Positions 9,477-19,356 of a stretch of 60,073 nucleotides of DNA are shown here, piece by piece. The stretch comes from Candidatus Saccharimonadales bacterium (GTDB lineage Bacteria; Patescibacteriota; Saccharimonadia; Saccharimonadales; JBBQAJ01). The stretch's first letter is position 1. The number at the start of each line of letters is the position of its first letter. The stretch spans positions 1 to 60,073 of the forward strand of contig JBBRAK010000007.1 in the NCBI GenBank assembly GCA_038206875.1, read 5' to 3'. The notes under the pieces are model-generated. The model ran no database searches, had not been told where the DNA came from, and saw only the letters and a program-made list of their open reading frames with translations. The position numbers and the translations under genes are program-made.

Positions 9477-9485
9477 TTATCCACA
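9477..9485 (+). promoter_or_regulatory. Consensus DnaA box (TTATCCACA) in the divergent pilin/pgl intergenic region
   Basis: Exact 9-mer match, single copy; function not shown. Confidence 0.35.
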
Positions 9486-9617
9486 GGGGTTAGAGGCAGA
9501 TAGATTCTCCTGGTTTTCTCGGGTTAATTAACAGTAGCTTACCATCAATTTCAATGTCCAAACAGGAGTGCTCGTATTTTGTAATCTTCGTACAACTAAG
9601 TATACAATGTTAAATAG

Positions 9618-10295
9618 ATGGAGTTTATAAGGACTAAAGATTCTAATGTCGCCGTTAGTGCAATTACTGGGAGGTTGCTAAAAGAACTTGCTAGTGGGAA
9701 AAAGGTTTTGTGGCTGTTGTGCGGGGGGTCAAATATAAAAATAGAAGTCAAAATATTGACAAAACTTCAAGCCAGCAAAAATTTAGAAAATTTAGCTTTG
9801 TTGCTTATGGATGAGCGGTTTGGAGCGGTTGGTCACAAAGATTCAAACTGGCAACAACTACTAGACGCTGGGGCGGATTTTAATGGAGCTTATACCCTGC
9901 CGGTAATTTCTGATTCAAGTAAATCTTTGGAACAGACCGTTGAGGAGTATGAAGAATTATCAAAAGTTGCCCTGGGCAACGCGGATGTAATAATCGGATT
10001 ATTTGGTTTAGGAGAGGATGGTCACACAGCTGGTATTTTGCCCGAAAGCTTGGCTGTAAAATCTACTCGATTGGTTGTAGGTTACGATTCCCCGCCGTTT
10101 AAAAGGATTTCCATGACAAAAAGTGCTTTAGCTAAAGTAGATATAGCGTTCGTATTTGCTTTTGGCGGTGCGAAGCGAAGGGCGCTCGAAGACCTGATTG
10201 CTAACAAAAAATCATTTGCCGAGCTGCCTTCCAAAATATTTTGGGATTTACCCGAAGTATACGTATATAATGATCAGGTAGGAGAAATAGCATGA
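9618..10295 (+). CDS. pgl: 6-phosphogluconolactonase
   Basis: LCGGS, MDERFG, GLGEDGHTAGI and RISMT motifs; first gene of the pgl-gnd-zwf operon. Confidence 0.85.
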   Translation: MEFIRTKDSNVAVSAITGRLLKELASGKKVLWLLCGGSNIKIEVKILTKLQASKNLENLALLLMDERFGAVGHKDSNWQQLLDAGADFNGAYTLPVISDSSKSLEQTVEEYEELSKVALGNADVIIGLFGLGEDGHTAGILPESLAVKSTRLVVGYDSPPFKRISMTKSALAKVDIAFVFAFGGAKRRALEDLIANKKSFAELPSKIFWDLPEVYVYNDQVGEIA

Positions 10296-11227
10296 AAATC
10301 GGTATGGTCGGTTTGGGCAAAATGGGTGGCAATATGGCAGCTAGATTGGTTGAATCTGGACATGAAGTCGTTGGGCGAGACCCCAGCGAAGATAATGCTC
10401 AGAATGCATCAAAACGGGGTGTAGAGGTGGTTTCCGATAAGCAAAAATTACTTGATACGTTGCCAGAACAAAAAATAGTGTGGTTGATGATACCTAGCAA
10501 ATTTGTGGCGGATGAAGTTTCGGCATGGCTGGAAATTTTGCCAAAAGGCTCGATTTTGATTGACGGCGGAAATACAAAATTTGAAGAAACAATCAAACAC
10601 GCTCAGCAGGCAGGCGAAAAAAATGTGCAATTTGTAGACGTGGGAGTGAGTGGCGGGATAGTTGGTGCAAATGTAGGATATTCGTTGATGGTTGGAGGAG
10701 ATTTAGCTGTGTTTGGTCAGCTTAGACCAATATTTGAATCGCTAGCTCAAACTGGGGGTTATGGACACTTTGGGCCGTCAGGGGCTGGGCACTATGTCAA
10801 AATGGTTCATAACGCTATTGAATATGGGATGATGGAATCCCTTGCGGAGGGGTTTGAACTCATGGAGGTCAGTCCCTTCCCCTCAATTGATTATTCAAAA
10901 CTGGCCGAGGTTTGGCAGAATGGTTCCGTTGTCCAGTCGTTTTTGAATGGTTTAGCAGTCCCTATATTTAGCAAAAATCGGAATTTGGAAGGAATCGAAG
11001 GCAAAGTAAATATGCTTGGTGAAGCACAGTGGTCCGCGGAACTTGCCAGAACAAACAATGTTGATTTTAGAACTATACAAGCATCAATTGACCGCCGAAC
11101 GGATTCGATGGCTGGAAAAACTTCATTTGCGACCAAGTTTTTGGCGGCTCTTAGAAATGAGTTTGGGGGGCACGACATAAATAAAACTTCAGAAGATGCA
11201 GATAAAAATAGTTTGAAAAACGTCTAA
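10292..11227 (+). CDS. gnd: 6-phosphogluconate dehydrogenase (short YqeC-type)
   Basis: GLGKMG, IDGGN, DVGVSGG, GHYVKMVHNAIEYG and LRNEFGGH motifs. Confidence 0.95.
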   Translation: MKIGMVGLGKMGGNMAARLVESGHEVVGRDPSEDNAQNASKRGVEVVSDKQKLLDTLPEQKIVWLMIPSKFVADEVSAWLEILPKGSILIDGGNTKFEETIKHAQQAGEKNVQFVDVGVSGGIVGANVGYSLMVGGDLAVFGQLRPIFESLAQTGGYGHFGPSGAGHYVKMVHNAIEYGMMESLAEGFELMEVSPFPSIDYSKLAEVWQNGSVVQSFLNGLAVPIFSKNRNLEGIEGKVNMLGEAQWSAELARTNNVDFRTIQASIDRRTDSMAGKTSFATKFLAALRNEFGGHDINKTSEDADKNSLKNV

Positions 11228-12618
11228 TGAAAAAGACTGCGGTTGCTGAACCTGCAATAATAGTCATTTTTGGAATTACTGGAGATTTAGCGCAAAGAAA
11301 ACTACTTCCAGCTTTGTATCATTTGGTAAAAGATGAATTGTTGCATCCAAAAACTCAGATTGTAGGCATAACTAGACAAAAAGTAACTAAACAACAGTTT
11401 CTAGGTAAGGTTGAATTTTGCGTAAACGAAATCGACAAAATATGTGACCCAGCTGCACTGAAAAAAATTGGTGAGAGACTTCAGATTCACCAGATGGATG
11501 TTACGAATCAGACTGATTACGATAGCCTTCATAAATTTTTGGACAATATCGAAAATCAACAAAAAGTGTGCATGAACAGGCTGTACTATCTATCGATACC
11601 ACCGCAAGTTTTGGGACCTATTGTGCGTTTTATGGGTGAACGCGGTATGAACACCAGTTGTCAGCATGGATCGGCGAGTACAAGGTTACTTATTGAAAAA
11701 CCTTTTGGATATGATTTGGAGTCTGCAAAATTACTTGTAAAAGAAACGGAAGAGCATTTTTCTGAGAATCAAATATTTAGAATCGATCACTATTTAGCAA
11801 AAGAGACTGCCCAAAATATATTGCAGTTTCGATATGCTAACCCAATCTTTATTCCTATTTGGAATCGTGAGAATGTTGATTCGATTATGATTAAAGCGAC
11901 CGAAAAAATTGGTATAGAGAACAGAGTAAAATTTTACGATCAGACTGGCGCACTTCGGGATTTGATACAGAGTCATTTGTTGCAACTATTGGCTCTTGTA
12001 ACTATGGAGTTGCCTGCCAAGCTCGAAAGTAATCAAATCCATATGCGGAAGCAAAATTTGTTCAAACAGATAATCCCGGTGCCACCAAACAAAATTGCGC
12101 AACGCGCCATACGTGGACAATACGCTGGGTACAAGAAACAAGTTGGAAAGCCCAAGTCTTTTACAGAAACTTATGCCGAGTTAGAGCTATATATTGACAA
12201 TCCAAGTTGGGAAAAAGTACCTATCAAACTTGTAACCGGAAAAGCCATGTCGAAAAAAAGAACAGACATAACTTTGCAGTTCAAGACTGACAAAAACGGT
12301 GAACATAACAGACTGACGTTTCGTATACAGCCAGACGAAGGTATAGAGCTTCGACTAAAAGTAAAAAAACCTGGTTTTTCTCAAACTACTGAAACCGCGC
12401 TGATGGATTTTGATTATGAAAATACTTTTGAAAACCACGGACACCCAGATGCATACGAAAGAGTGTTGTTAGACGCAATCAAGGGTGATCATACTTTGTT
12501 TGCGACAGCATATGAAGTGATAGCCGGTTGGAAAATAATCCAACCAGTAATCGACGTATGGTCTAGGAATGACGACGGTCTGAAAATGTATCCAGTCGGT
12601 TCTGACGGACCAAAATAA
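11227..12618 (+). CDS. zwf: Glucose-6-phosphate 1-dehydrogenase
   Basis: FGITGDLAQRKL, EKPFG, RIDHYLAKE and DAYERVL motifs. Confidence 0.96.
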   Translation: MKKTAVAEPAIIVIFGITGDLAQRKLLPALYHLVKDELLHPKTQIVGITRQKVTKQQFLGKVEFCVNEIDKICDPAALKKIGERLQIHQMDVTNQTDYDSLHKFLDNIENQQKVCMNRLYYLSIPPQVLGPIVRFMGERGMNTSCQHGSASTRLLIEKPFGYDLESAKLLVKETEEHFSENQIFRIDHYLAKETAQNILQFRYANPIFIPIWNRENVDSIMIKATEKIGIENRVKFYDQTGALRDLIQSHLLQLLALVTMELPAKLESNQIHMRKQNLFKQIIPVPPNKIAQRAIRGQYAGYKKQVGKPKSFTETYAELELYIDNPSWEKVPIKLVTGKAMSKKRTDITLQFKTDKNGEHNRLTFRIQPDEGIELRLKVKKPGFSQTTETALMDFDYENTFENHGHPDAYERVLLDAIKGDHTLFATAYEVIAGWKIIQPVIDVWSRNDDGLKMYPVGSDGPK

Positions 12619-12706
12619 AAAGACCATTGATATTTCTTAGATTAAATTAGTGTTCTTGTTCGGAAAACTTGACGACGAAAAGCGATAAATTGTTATAATG
12701 ACAATC

Positions 12707-13114
12707 ATGGGTAATTTTCTATTTGCATATATAACTTCGTTTGGCACAATGACTGTTCTTGACGCATTTTGGCTGGGTTTAATAGCTCCGTCATTTTATA
12801 AAAAGCATATTGGTTTTATCATGGCGGAAAAGCCAAATTGGTTTGCAGCACTGGCTTTTTATCTCATATTTATAGCGGGTGTTACGTTATTTGTTGTCTA
12901 TCCAGGTTGGAAAAACGTCGATAGTTTCCTAAAAATTGGATTGTTAGGGGCGATTTTTGGTCTAGTAACATACGCTACGTATGATCTGACAAACCAAGCC
13001 ACGCTAAAGAATTGGCCATATATTGTAACGATTATTGATCTGTTGTGGGGTACACTGCTCACCGCTGTGGTTTCTATTGTTGCGGTTTTAGTTCTTAGAA
13101 CTCTTATACACTAG
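12707..13114 (+). CDS. DUF2177 family membrane protein
   Basis: LDAFWLG...[19 protein letters not shown]...IDLLWG. Start placed 7 nt after TATAAT (12694-12699). Confidence 0.85.
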   Translation: MGNFLFAYITSFGTMTVLDAFWLGLIAPSFYKKHIGFIMAEKPNWFAALAFYLIFIAGVTLFVVYPGWKNVDSFLKIGLLGAIFGLVTYATYDLTNQATLKNWPYIVTIIDLLWGTLLTAVVSIVAVLVLRTLIH

Positions 13115-13116
13115 TT

Positions 13117-13890
13117 ATGTTTTTGGATATATTTGTATTTAGTTCACTGGTAATTTTGGCATATATGACTGTGTGGTTTGTGGTTGCACTAGCTACCAAG
13201 CGCAATGATGTTGCAGACATTGCATGGGGGCTTGGTTTTGTAGTTGCCAGTGGTGCAAGTTTGCTTAAGACACGAAACTTCACGTTTATTGCAGTTTTGG
13301 TAACCGGGTTGGTATTTATATGGGGGCTACGTTTAGCCTGGCATATTGGACAAAGAAATATAAAAAAATCCGAAGATTATCGCTACAAAGTCTGGCGGGA
13401 TAGCTGGGGGAAATGGTTTGTGCTTCGTTCTTATCTACAAATATTTATACTTCAAGGCGTGTTAATGCTTTTGATTGTCTCTCCAGTCATATTAATAAAC
13501 ATGTATTCAGACAATGGCATATCACCGATTGCTTTAGTCGGAATATTGCTTTGGATATTTGGATTTATGTTTGAAAGTGTTGGCGACAAACAGCTAAAAG
13601 AGTTCATCAGAAATCCTGAAAACAAGGGACATATTATGGAATCGGGGCTATGGAAATATTCCAGGCACCCCAATTATTTTGGAGAAATTACGCAGTGGTG
13701 GGCAATTGGTTTGGTCGCTTTAACCGTCAGCTATGCTTGGCTGGGGTTAATAGGCCCGCTGGTCATTACGTTTTTGATAATAAAAGTGTCAGGAGTCCCC
13801 CTGCTAGAAAATAAATACAAAGACAACCCCGACTATCAGGCATATAAACTTCGCACTAGTATGCTGATACCTCTACCAAGCAAAAAGTAA
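13117..13890 (+). CDS. DUF1295 (steroid 5-alpha-reductase-like) membrane protein
   Basis: DIAWG, WGLRL, EDYRY and [14 protein letters not shown] motifs. Confidence 0.9.
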   Translation: MFLDIFVFSSLVILAYMTVWFVVALATKRNDVADIAWGLGFVVASGASLLKTRNFTFIAVLVTGLVFIWGLRLAWHIGQRNIKKSEDYRYKVWRDSWGKWFVLRSYLQIFILQGVLMLLIVSPVILINMYSDNGISPIALVGILLWIFGFMFESVGDKQLKEFIRNPENKGHIMESGLWKYSRHPNYFGEITQWWAIGLVALTVSYAWLGLIGPLVITFLIIKVSGVPLLENKYKDNPDYQAYKLRTSMLIPLPSKK

Positions 13891-13989
13891 AGCTTTTCAA
13901 TCGATAATGCTCAAAAACTACTAGCCCAAACCCCCCCGCACTGTGCTTAAAGTTCGATCACTCGGCTTTTGACATGCTATGCTGCCTTT

Positions 13990-14691
13990 ATGAGTTTTGA
14001 TGTCAATCAAATCATTTCATATCGAGAAATGTGTAATGTGGAACAGCAAGAACAGCTACAGCGCGGCATGAATTTTGAGATTGGTGATGGTTATTCCGTG
14101 GTTTTAATGTCGGTAAAACCAAACGCTCCTTATGCTGATAGAATTTCTGAGGATGGGCTAACCATATATTATGAAGGCCATGATGTACCGGGCGATAAAA
14201 CTAAACATGCAGACCAGCCCATAGCCTACCCGTCAGGTACTTTGACTCAAAATGGACTTTTCAAAGACGCAATAGATCATGCTAAGAATACTGGCGAGTT
14301 TCCGCTCGTGAAGGTTTACGAAAAACTACAGACGGGAATCTGGACATATCGTGGTCTTTTTGAAATGATAGACTGTCAATTTATTGAACGAGATGGCCGA
14401 AATGTTTATGAATTTACATTTACCATTACAGACCAAAACGTAGGTGTTGCAGAAAAGCACTTGCAAAAAAAGAACATTGACCTGGAACAAACGCGACAAA
14501 TACCTGGCAAAGTAAAACTTGCAGTTTTCAAACGCGACAAAGGAGAGTGCATAATGTGCGGGTCAAATGACAATCTACACTTTGACCACCTACTTCCCTA
14601 TTCCAAAGGTGGGACTAGTCTGAAGGAAGAAAACATACAGCTTCTTTGTGCCCGCCACAACCTACAAAAATCCGCAAAACTAGATTTTTAG
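13990..14691 (+). CDS. HNH endonuclease with N-terminal SRA-like domain (candidate modification-dependent restriction enzyme)
   Basis: C-terminal CIMCGS...HFDHLLPYSKGG...NIQLLCARHN. N-terminal PYADR...IYYEGH...WTYRGLF resembles SRA/PUA-type domains (inferred). Confidence 0.75.
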   Translation: MSFDVNQIISYREMCNVEQQEQLQRGMNFEIGDGYSVVLMSVKPNAPYADRISEDGLTIYYEGHDVPGDKTKHADQPIAYPSGTLTQNGLFKDAIDHAKNTGEFPLVKVYEKLQTGIWTYRGLFEMIDCQFIERDGRNVYEFTFTITDQNVGVAEKHLQKKNIDLEQTRQIPGKVKLAVFKRDKGECIMCGSNDNLHFDHLLPYSKGGTSLKEENIQLLCARHNLQKSAKLDF

Positions 14692-14802
14692 ATTCTGGGT
14701 ATTTTGATGAACATATTATTTAGTAGAGACTAGTTCCAAATTATCTGCTTTGAATCCATTGTTCGAATTATTGTCTACGTTTCACGGCTTACCTTAAGAA
14801 TT

Positions 14803-15330
14803 TCATTGTCGTGAAGGCACCGGTAGTCCTAGCTCGTGAAGAGGCAAATATTCAAAATAATATCTGCAGCCAACGGATACAATATAATCACGAACATCTT
14901 TATATTCTTTTTTTCTGAACCAATCACTCAAGACATACATATATTCAACTTCATAGTTGAGGGACGAGAAAAGCTTCTGGTATTGCTTCTTTTTGAAATC
15001 GCACGTCTGCAGTTTTTCATCTACAGAGCCGGCAACTACCTGGAATTTAACTTCGATAATGTTGACAGTGTTGTCTTTAATTACGTAAATCGCGTCATCT
15101 GGAAGAAGTTTTTTTGTAATGTAGACTTTATAGTCTATGCCCTGTTCTTTGAGGAATACATACAGAGCGTTTTTCCTGTAAGAGTAAGCCACTTCTTTTT
15201 CTTGGTAAAGTATTGTATTGCCCTTTATGTCGTACCCGGGTATTTGGTCTAGCTTTGTCAGTAAATCAACCCTTCCTTCAAACTTAATTCCCGTTTGAGT
15301 GTTGGCGCCGCCAATTCCACCCTTTTTCAC
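14803..15330 (-). CDS. PD-(D/E)XK nuclease, putative type II restriction endonuclease
   Basis: LLPDDAIYV...IIEVKFQ...GSVDEKLQTCDFK; ORF overlaps the MTase stop by 4 nt. Confidence 0.8.
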   Translation of the reverse strand: MKKGGIGGANTQTGIKFEGRVDLLTKLDQIPGYDIKGNTILYQEKEVAYSYRKNALYVFLKEQGIDYKVYITKKLLPDDAIYVIKDNTVNIIEVKFQVVAGSVDEKLQTCDFKKKQYQKLFSSLNYEVEYMYVLSDWFRKKEYKDVRDYIVSVGCRYYFEYLPLHELGLPVPSRQ

Positions 15331-16226
15331 AAGAGACCTATCTGTTTTATTTGTTGTTCGTATCTTTTTTGAGATAGTTCTAAGTATTCTTTTTCGGTGT
15401 CTATGCCTATAAACTTCCGATCGAATTTGATTGAAGCTAAGCCCGTAGTAGAACTGCCAGTGAAAGGATCGAGCACAATATCGCCTGGGTTAGTGGATGC
15501 TCTAATAATTCGCTCTAGCAGTACCATTGGCTTTTGGGTTGGATGCTTGCCAAAAATTTTCTCATCTGCTTTGGGAGTTCCTAGTGCCCATACGCTACGC
15601 ATCTGCTTACCTTCCTTTTTAAGAAAGTCGATTTTGTGCGCATTACCATTCTTCATATCTTGATAATTATAGGTGTGCTTAGCACCGGGGTCTTTGCGGG
15701 CCCAGATTAGGGTCTCGTGGCTTGCAGTAAAGTATCTTCCGCTTAAATTTGGTGACGCATTTGGTTTGAACCACGCCACATCGTTTAAAATTTTATATCC
15801 CAAAATCTGCAACGCAAACCCACACTGATAGATCGAGTGATAGGTGCCACTGACCCAAATAGTGCCTTCCGGTTTCAATACTCGGCGACATTCTGCCAAC
15901 CACTTTTTATGAAATTCAAAGTCTTCCTCTGGCCCTTTACTTTCGTCCCACTTGCCTTTGTTTACGCTGACTCGCTTGCCTGCGTGTACTGTAAAGCCAC
16001 CATTCGATAGGTTATAGGGAGGATCGGCAAAGATCATGTCTATAGAGTTTTCAGGCAACTGCTTGAGCAGTTTGATGCTATCGCCGTGATAAAGTGCGAA
16101 ATCGTGACTCGCAAAGTAAGGTTTTTGGATGAAATGTGAAAGTAATTTTGGCTTCTTTTCTTCAGTTGCCACGGTTTTCTTTGTAGCAATACCCATAGGT
16201 TTTGTCAGTGTTACCCCATTTGCCAT
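15327..16226 (-). CDS. Beta-class N6-adenine/N4-cytosine DNA methyltransferase, DpnA-like
   Basis: DMIFADPPYNLSNGG, HPTQKP, LDPFTGSSTT (motif IV before motif I); N-terminal segment resembles DpnA (M2.DpnII). Start uncertain (16226 or 16196). Confidence 0.9.
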   Translation of the reverse strand: MANGVTLTKPMGIATKKTVATEEKKPKLLSHFIQKPYFASHDFALYHGDSIKLLKQLPENSIDMIFADPPYNLSNGGFTVHAGKRVSVNKGKWDESKGPEEDFEFHKKWLAECRRVLKPEGTIWVSGTYHSIYQCGFALQILGYKILNDVAWFKPNASPNLSGRYFTASHETLIWARKDPGAKHTYNYQDMKNGNAHKIDFLKKEGKQMRSVWALGTPKADEKIFGKHPTQKPMVLLERIIRASTNPGDIVLDPFTGSSTTGLASIKFDRKFIGIDTEKEYLELSQKRYEQQIKQIGLL

Positions 16227-16304
16227 ATACAACAAGGGTAACATTTTTACCTCTGTTTTTGAATTGTTTTCTTTGTTGGCGTTGTATTGGTGTATTTGCC
16301 TTCT

Positions 16305-16394
16305 TGGCGGAGAGAACAGGATTCGAACCTGCGAAAGGATTGCTCCTCAACACGCTTTCCAAGCGTGCGCCTTAAGCCACTCGGCCATCTCTCC
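16305..16394 (-). tRNA. tRNA-Ser(GGA)
   Basis: Reverse strand GGAGAGATGGCCGAGTGG...CACGC-TTGGAAA-GCGTG, long variable arm, GGTTCGAATCC, TCTCTCCGCCA. Confidence 0.97.
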
Positions 16395-16477
16395 GTATTT
16401 ATATTAGTATATCTGATAAATTTTTGATTTACACCTTGAAACTTTAGTATCTAAAGAGTTAAACTGTATATAACTTT

Positions 16478-17368
16478 ATGCCACTTATAGAATTACAAGA
16501 AGTTAGTAAACTATACGGCTTCGGAAACGCAACTACTGTTGCTTTAGACGAGGTAACTATTACCGTGGAGCCAGGCGAGTTTGTGGCTATAATGGGACCA
16601 AGTGGATCTGGAAAATCTACTTTGATGAACGTAATTGGTATGTTGGACAAGCCAACTCATGGAAAATACAAACTTGGCGATAGGCATGTTTCAAGGCTAC
16701 GAAATCATCATAGGGCGAAAGCTCGTCGAGATACAATTGGTTTTGTATTCCAATCGTTTAACTTACTCCCAAATGCATCTGTTTTGGAAAATGTAGCCCT
16801 GCCACTTGCCTACAAAGGCACAATGAGGACGCGTAGGTTGACCCAGGCTGGGCAGATGTTAGAAAGAGTCGGATTGGCAGACAGAGAATACTTTTACCCA
16901 TCACAGTTAAGCGGTGGCCAATCGCAAAGAGTGGCGATTGCCAGGGCGCTGGTAAACAACCCAAGCATAATAATTGCAGATGAGCCGACCGGTAATCTAG
17001 ATAGTGCGGCGTCAAGATTGGTGATGGAGTTGCTAAGTGAAATTCACCAAACCGGAAGTACGATTCTCATGGTAACTCACAATCCAGAGCTAACTCGATA
17101 TGCATCACGTGTGGTTTTTATGAAGGATGGTTCTATAGTAAACGACGAACTTTCGGAGATTGGCGAATTGCCAACTACCATCAAGCGCAGAGCTTATTTT
17201 GTTCCTAAAAAAACCGCCGAGGATGATTTAGCGGGAGTTTCTGCGCTCATGGATGCAGGTTTGTCGGAGCCAAAAGTCGAGGTTCATCCAAAACCTGCGA
17301 AGAAGTCGCGAAGTACGTCTCGCAAATCGTATAAATCCAAACCCAAAAAATCTGGGAAAAAGAAATGA
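16478..17368 (+). CDS. ABC transporter ATP-binding protein (MacB/LolD-like) with basic C-terminal tail
   Basis: GPSGSGKS, LSGGQSQR, IIADEPTGNLD and VTH motifs. Confidence 0.95.
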   Translation: MPLIELQEVSKLYGFGNATTVALDEVTITVEPGEFVAIMGPSGSGKSTLMNVIGMLDKPTHGKYKLGDRHVSRLRNHHRAKARRDTIGFVFQSFNLLPNASVLENVALPLAYKGTMRTRRLTQAGQMLERVGLADREYFYPSQLSGGQSQRVAIARALVNNPSIIIADEPTGNLDSAASRLVMELLSEIHQTGSTILMVTHNPELTRYASRVVFMKDGSIVNDELSEIGELPTTIKRRAYFVPKKTAEDDLAGVSALMDAGLSEPKVEVHPKPAKKSRSTSRKSYKSKPKKSGKKK

Positions 17369-17375
17369 CAAGCTC

Positions 17376-18608
17376 ATGAGTTCAAACAACAATTTTCAGA
17401 TTGCAAGAGCTGCAATAGGTGCCTCAAAATGGCGAAGTTTTTTGACGATGCTGGGGGTAATAGTTGGCGTTTTGAGTGTGGTGACAATTGTATCTCTAGG
17501 TGAAGGAGTAAAAAAACAATTAACCAATCAAATCAAACATACAGGTGCAGACCTCATCACAGTTAGGGGTGGTCAAATTGCCAATCGTGATTCCAGTGGC
17601 AAGATTAAAAAAGTTAACTACCTTAACTTTTTTGCTGGAGCCAACTTAAGCGACGCAGATTATCTAACAGTACAGAAAATACCTGAGCTGTCAGTCGTTG
17701 CGCCTTTTGCCGTAGTCCCCGGGGTCCCCAAGGCATATGACGGGACTGTTAGCACGAACACGTCAGTAGTTGCTACGAATAGTTTGGGTGCAGTTGCTTT
17801 GAAACAAGACATTGCATACGGTGAAATTTTTGACGAAAAAGCTAACGCAAATCCGGGTGCTGTAATTGGTAAAAATGTCGCTGAGCAACTTTTCAAAGAA
17901 AATGTACCTATTGGTAAATCATTTGAACTACGTGGTCAAAAAATTGTAGTCCGGGGTGTATTTCAGGAGTTTGAAGCGAGCCCATTGACCCCTGGTGTAG
18001 ATTATAACAACGCAATATTTATACCGTATGAATTTGCCAAGAAACTTGCCGGCGGTTCACTACAGCCTTACCAAATACTAGTCAGGCCAAAAGATGACTC
18101 CAAAATTTCACAGTCAGTCAGAGCTATTAGCAGTGCCCTAACCGCATCACATGGTGGAGAGGCTGATTTTACTGTACTGCAAGCCTCTGACAATATAGAA
18201 GTTGCAGATAGTGTTCTAAACGTCATCACCAGTTTGGTAAGCGCTATTGCAGGGATTTCACTGTTTGTTGGCGGAATTGGAATTATGAATATTATGTTTG
18301 TGGCAGTTAGCGAGCGAACTCATGAGATTGGTATCCGAAAAAGCGTAGGTGCAACAAACAAGCAGATTTTAAACCAATTTCTGGTTGAATCAATTGTGTT
18401 AAGTGGTACGGGTGGTCTGATGGGGGTAATTGCGTCGCTTTTTGTCAATTATTTGATAAGAATCTTTACCCCGCTTCAGCCGGTAATTACGCTACCAATT
18501 ATGGGAATCGCAATATTTGTAGCACTTGCAGTGGGAGTATTTTTTGGAATTACGCCAGCATTAAAAGCTGCCCGCAAAGACCCCATTGAGTCCCTCCGCC
18601 GAAACTAA
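17376..18608 (+). CDS. ABC transporter permease (MacB/FtsX family)
   Basis: RSFLTMLGVIVG, GGIGIMNIM, ERTHEIGIRKSVGA and PALKAARKDPIESLR motifs. Confidence 0.93.
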   Translation: MSSNNNFQIARAAIGASKWRSFLTMLGVIVGVLSVVTIVSLGEGVKKQLTNQIKHTGADLITVRGGQIANRDSSGKIKKVNYLNFFAGANLSDADYLTVQKIPELSVVAPFAVVPGVPKAYDGTVSTNTSVVATNSLGAVALKQDIAYGEIFDEKANANPGAVIGKNVAEQLFKENVPIGKSFELRGQKIVVRGVFQEFEASPLTPGVDYNNAIFIPYEFAKKLAGGSLQPYQILVRPKDDSKISQSVRAISSALTASHGGEADFTVLQASDNIEVADSVLNVITSLVSAIAGISLFVGGIGIMNIMFVAVSERTHEIGIRKSVGATNKQILNQFLVESIVLSGTGGLMGVIASLFVNYLIRIFTPLQPVITLPIMGIAIFVALAVGVFFGITPALKAARKDPIESLRRN

Positions 18609-18618
18609 TTAATATAAG

Positions 18619-19347
18619 TTATCTGTATTCGGGGTTTTCGAAGTCAAACCTGGAGCCGGCATCCCATTTGGACCTTTGGTTGCCTTGTACGGGAATGCCC
18701 CCGTTGTCTTTAAGCATTTTTGCCAAATGCATGAGGTTCCAGGTCATAAAAGTTGTGTTTCGGTTGGTAAAATCGTTGTCTAGTCCTGCTCTGGTGCCGT
18801 CTTCAAGTTTGTCGCCGTAACTCGGTCCAGGCCCAGCTTCTCCAATCCAACCTGCGTCGGCTTGTGGTGGGATGGTATAACCCAGGTGTCCCAAGCTGTA
18901 TAAAACGTTCATGGCGCAGTGCTTTACGCCGTCTTCGTTTCCGGTAATCAAACATCCGCCAACTTTGCCATAGTCTGCATACTGGCCATCTTTGTTGAGT
19001 ATGTGACTGTTCGCATATAAACGTTCTATCACTTGTTTCATGACAGAGCTATTGTCGCCAAGCCAAATTGGTCCTGCCAGAACGACGATATCGGCTTTTT
19101 GCACCTTTGCATAAATGTCTGGCCAGGCATCTGTTGCCCATCCGTGGTCCCGCATATCAGGATACACGCCCGTTGCAATATCATGGTCGATTGCCCGGAT
19201 TGTCTCGGTTTTTACACCATGTTTTTTCATAATATTGGCACTTGTGTCTATTAGAATTTGAGTATGGCTAGGGGCTGGAGATTTAGACAAAGTACAGTTA
19301 AAGAAGAGGGCGTTTAGTTCCGTAAAATCCCATTTTTTGTCTGCCAT
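18619..19347 (-). CDS. Flavodoxin family / NADPH-dependent FMN reductase-like protein
   Basis: NCTL...SHT, GPIWLGD and ITGNEDG motifs. Confidence 0.85.
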   Translation of the reverse strand: MADKKWDFTELNALFFNCTLSKSPAPSHTQILIDTSANIMKKHGVKTETIRAIDHDIATGVYPDMRDHGWATDAWPDIYAKVQKADIVVLAGPIWLGDNSSVMKQVIERLYANSHILNKDGQYADYGKVGGCLITGNEDGVKHCAMNVLYSLGHLGYTIPPQADAGWIGEAGPGPSYGDKLEDGTRAGLDNDFTNRNTTFMTWNLMHLAKMLKDNGGIPVQGNQRSKWDAGSRFDFENPEYR

Positions 19348-19356
19348 AATGAACCT

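Noticed and set aside
9477..9485. Replication origin
   Set aside because: Single DnaA box, with no box cluster or dnaA/dnaN nearby.
13891..13989. att duplication of the tRNA-Ser 3' end bounding the R-M islet
   Set aside because: No copy of the tRNA 3' end found and no integrase nearby.
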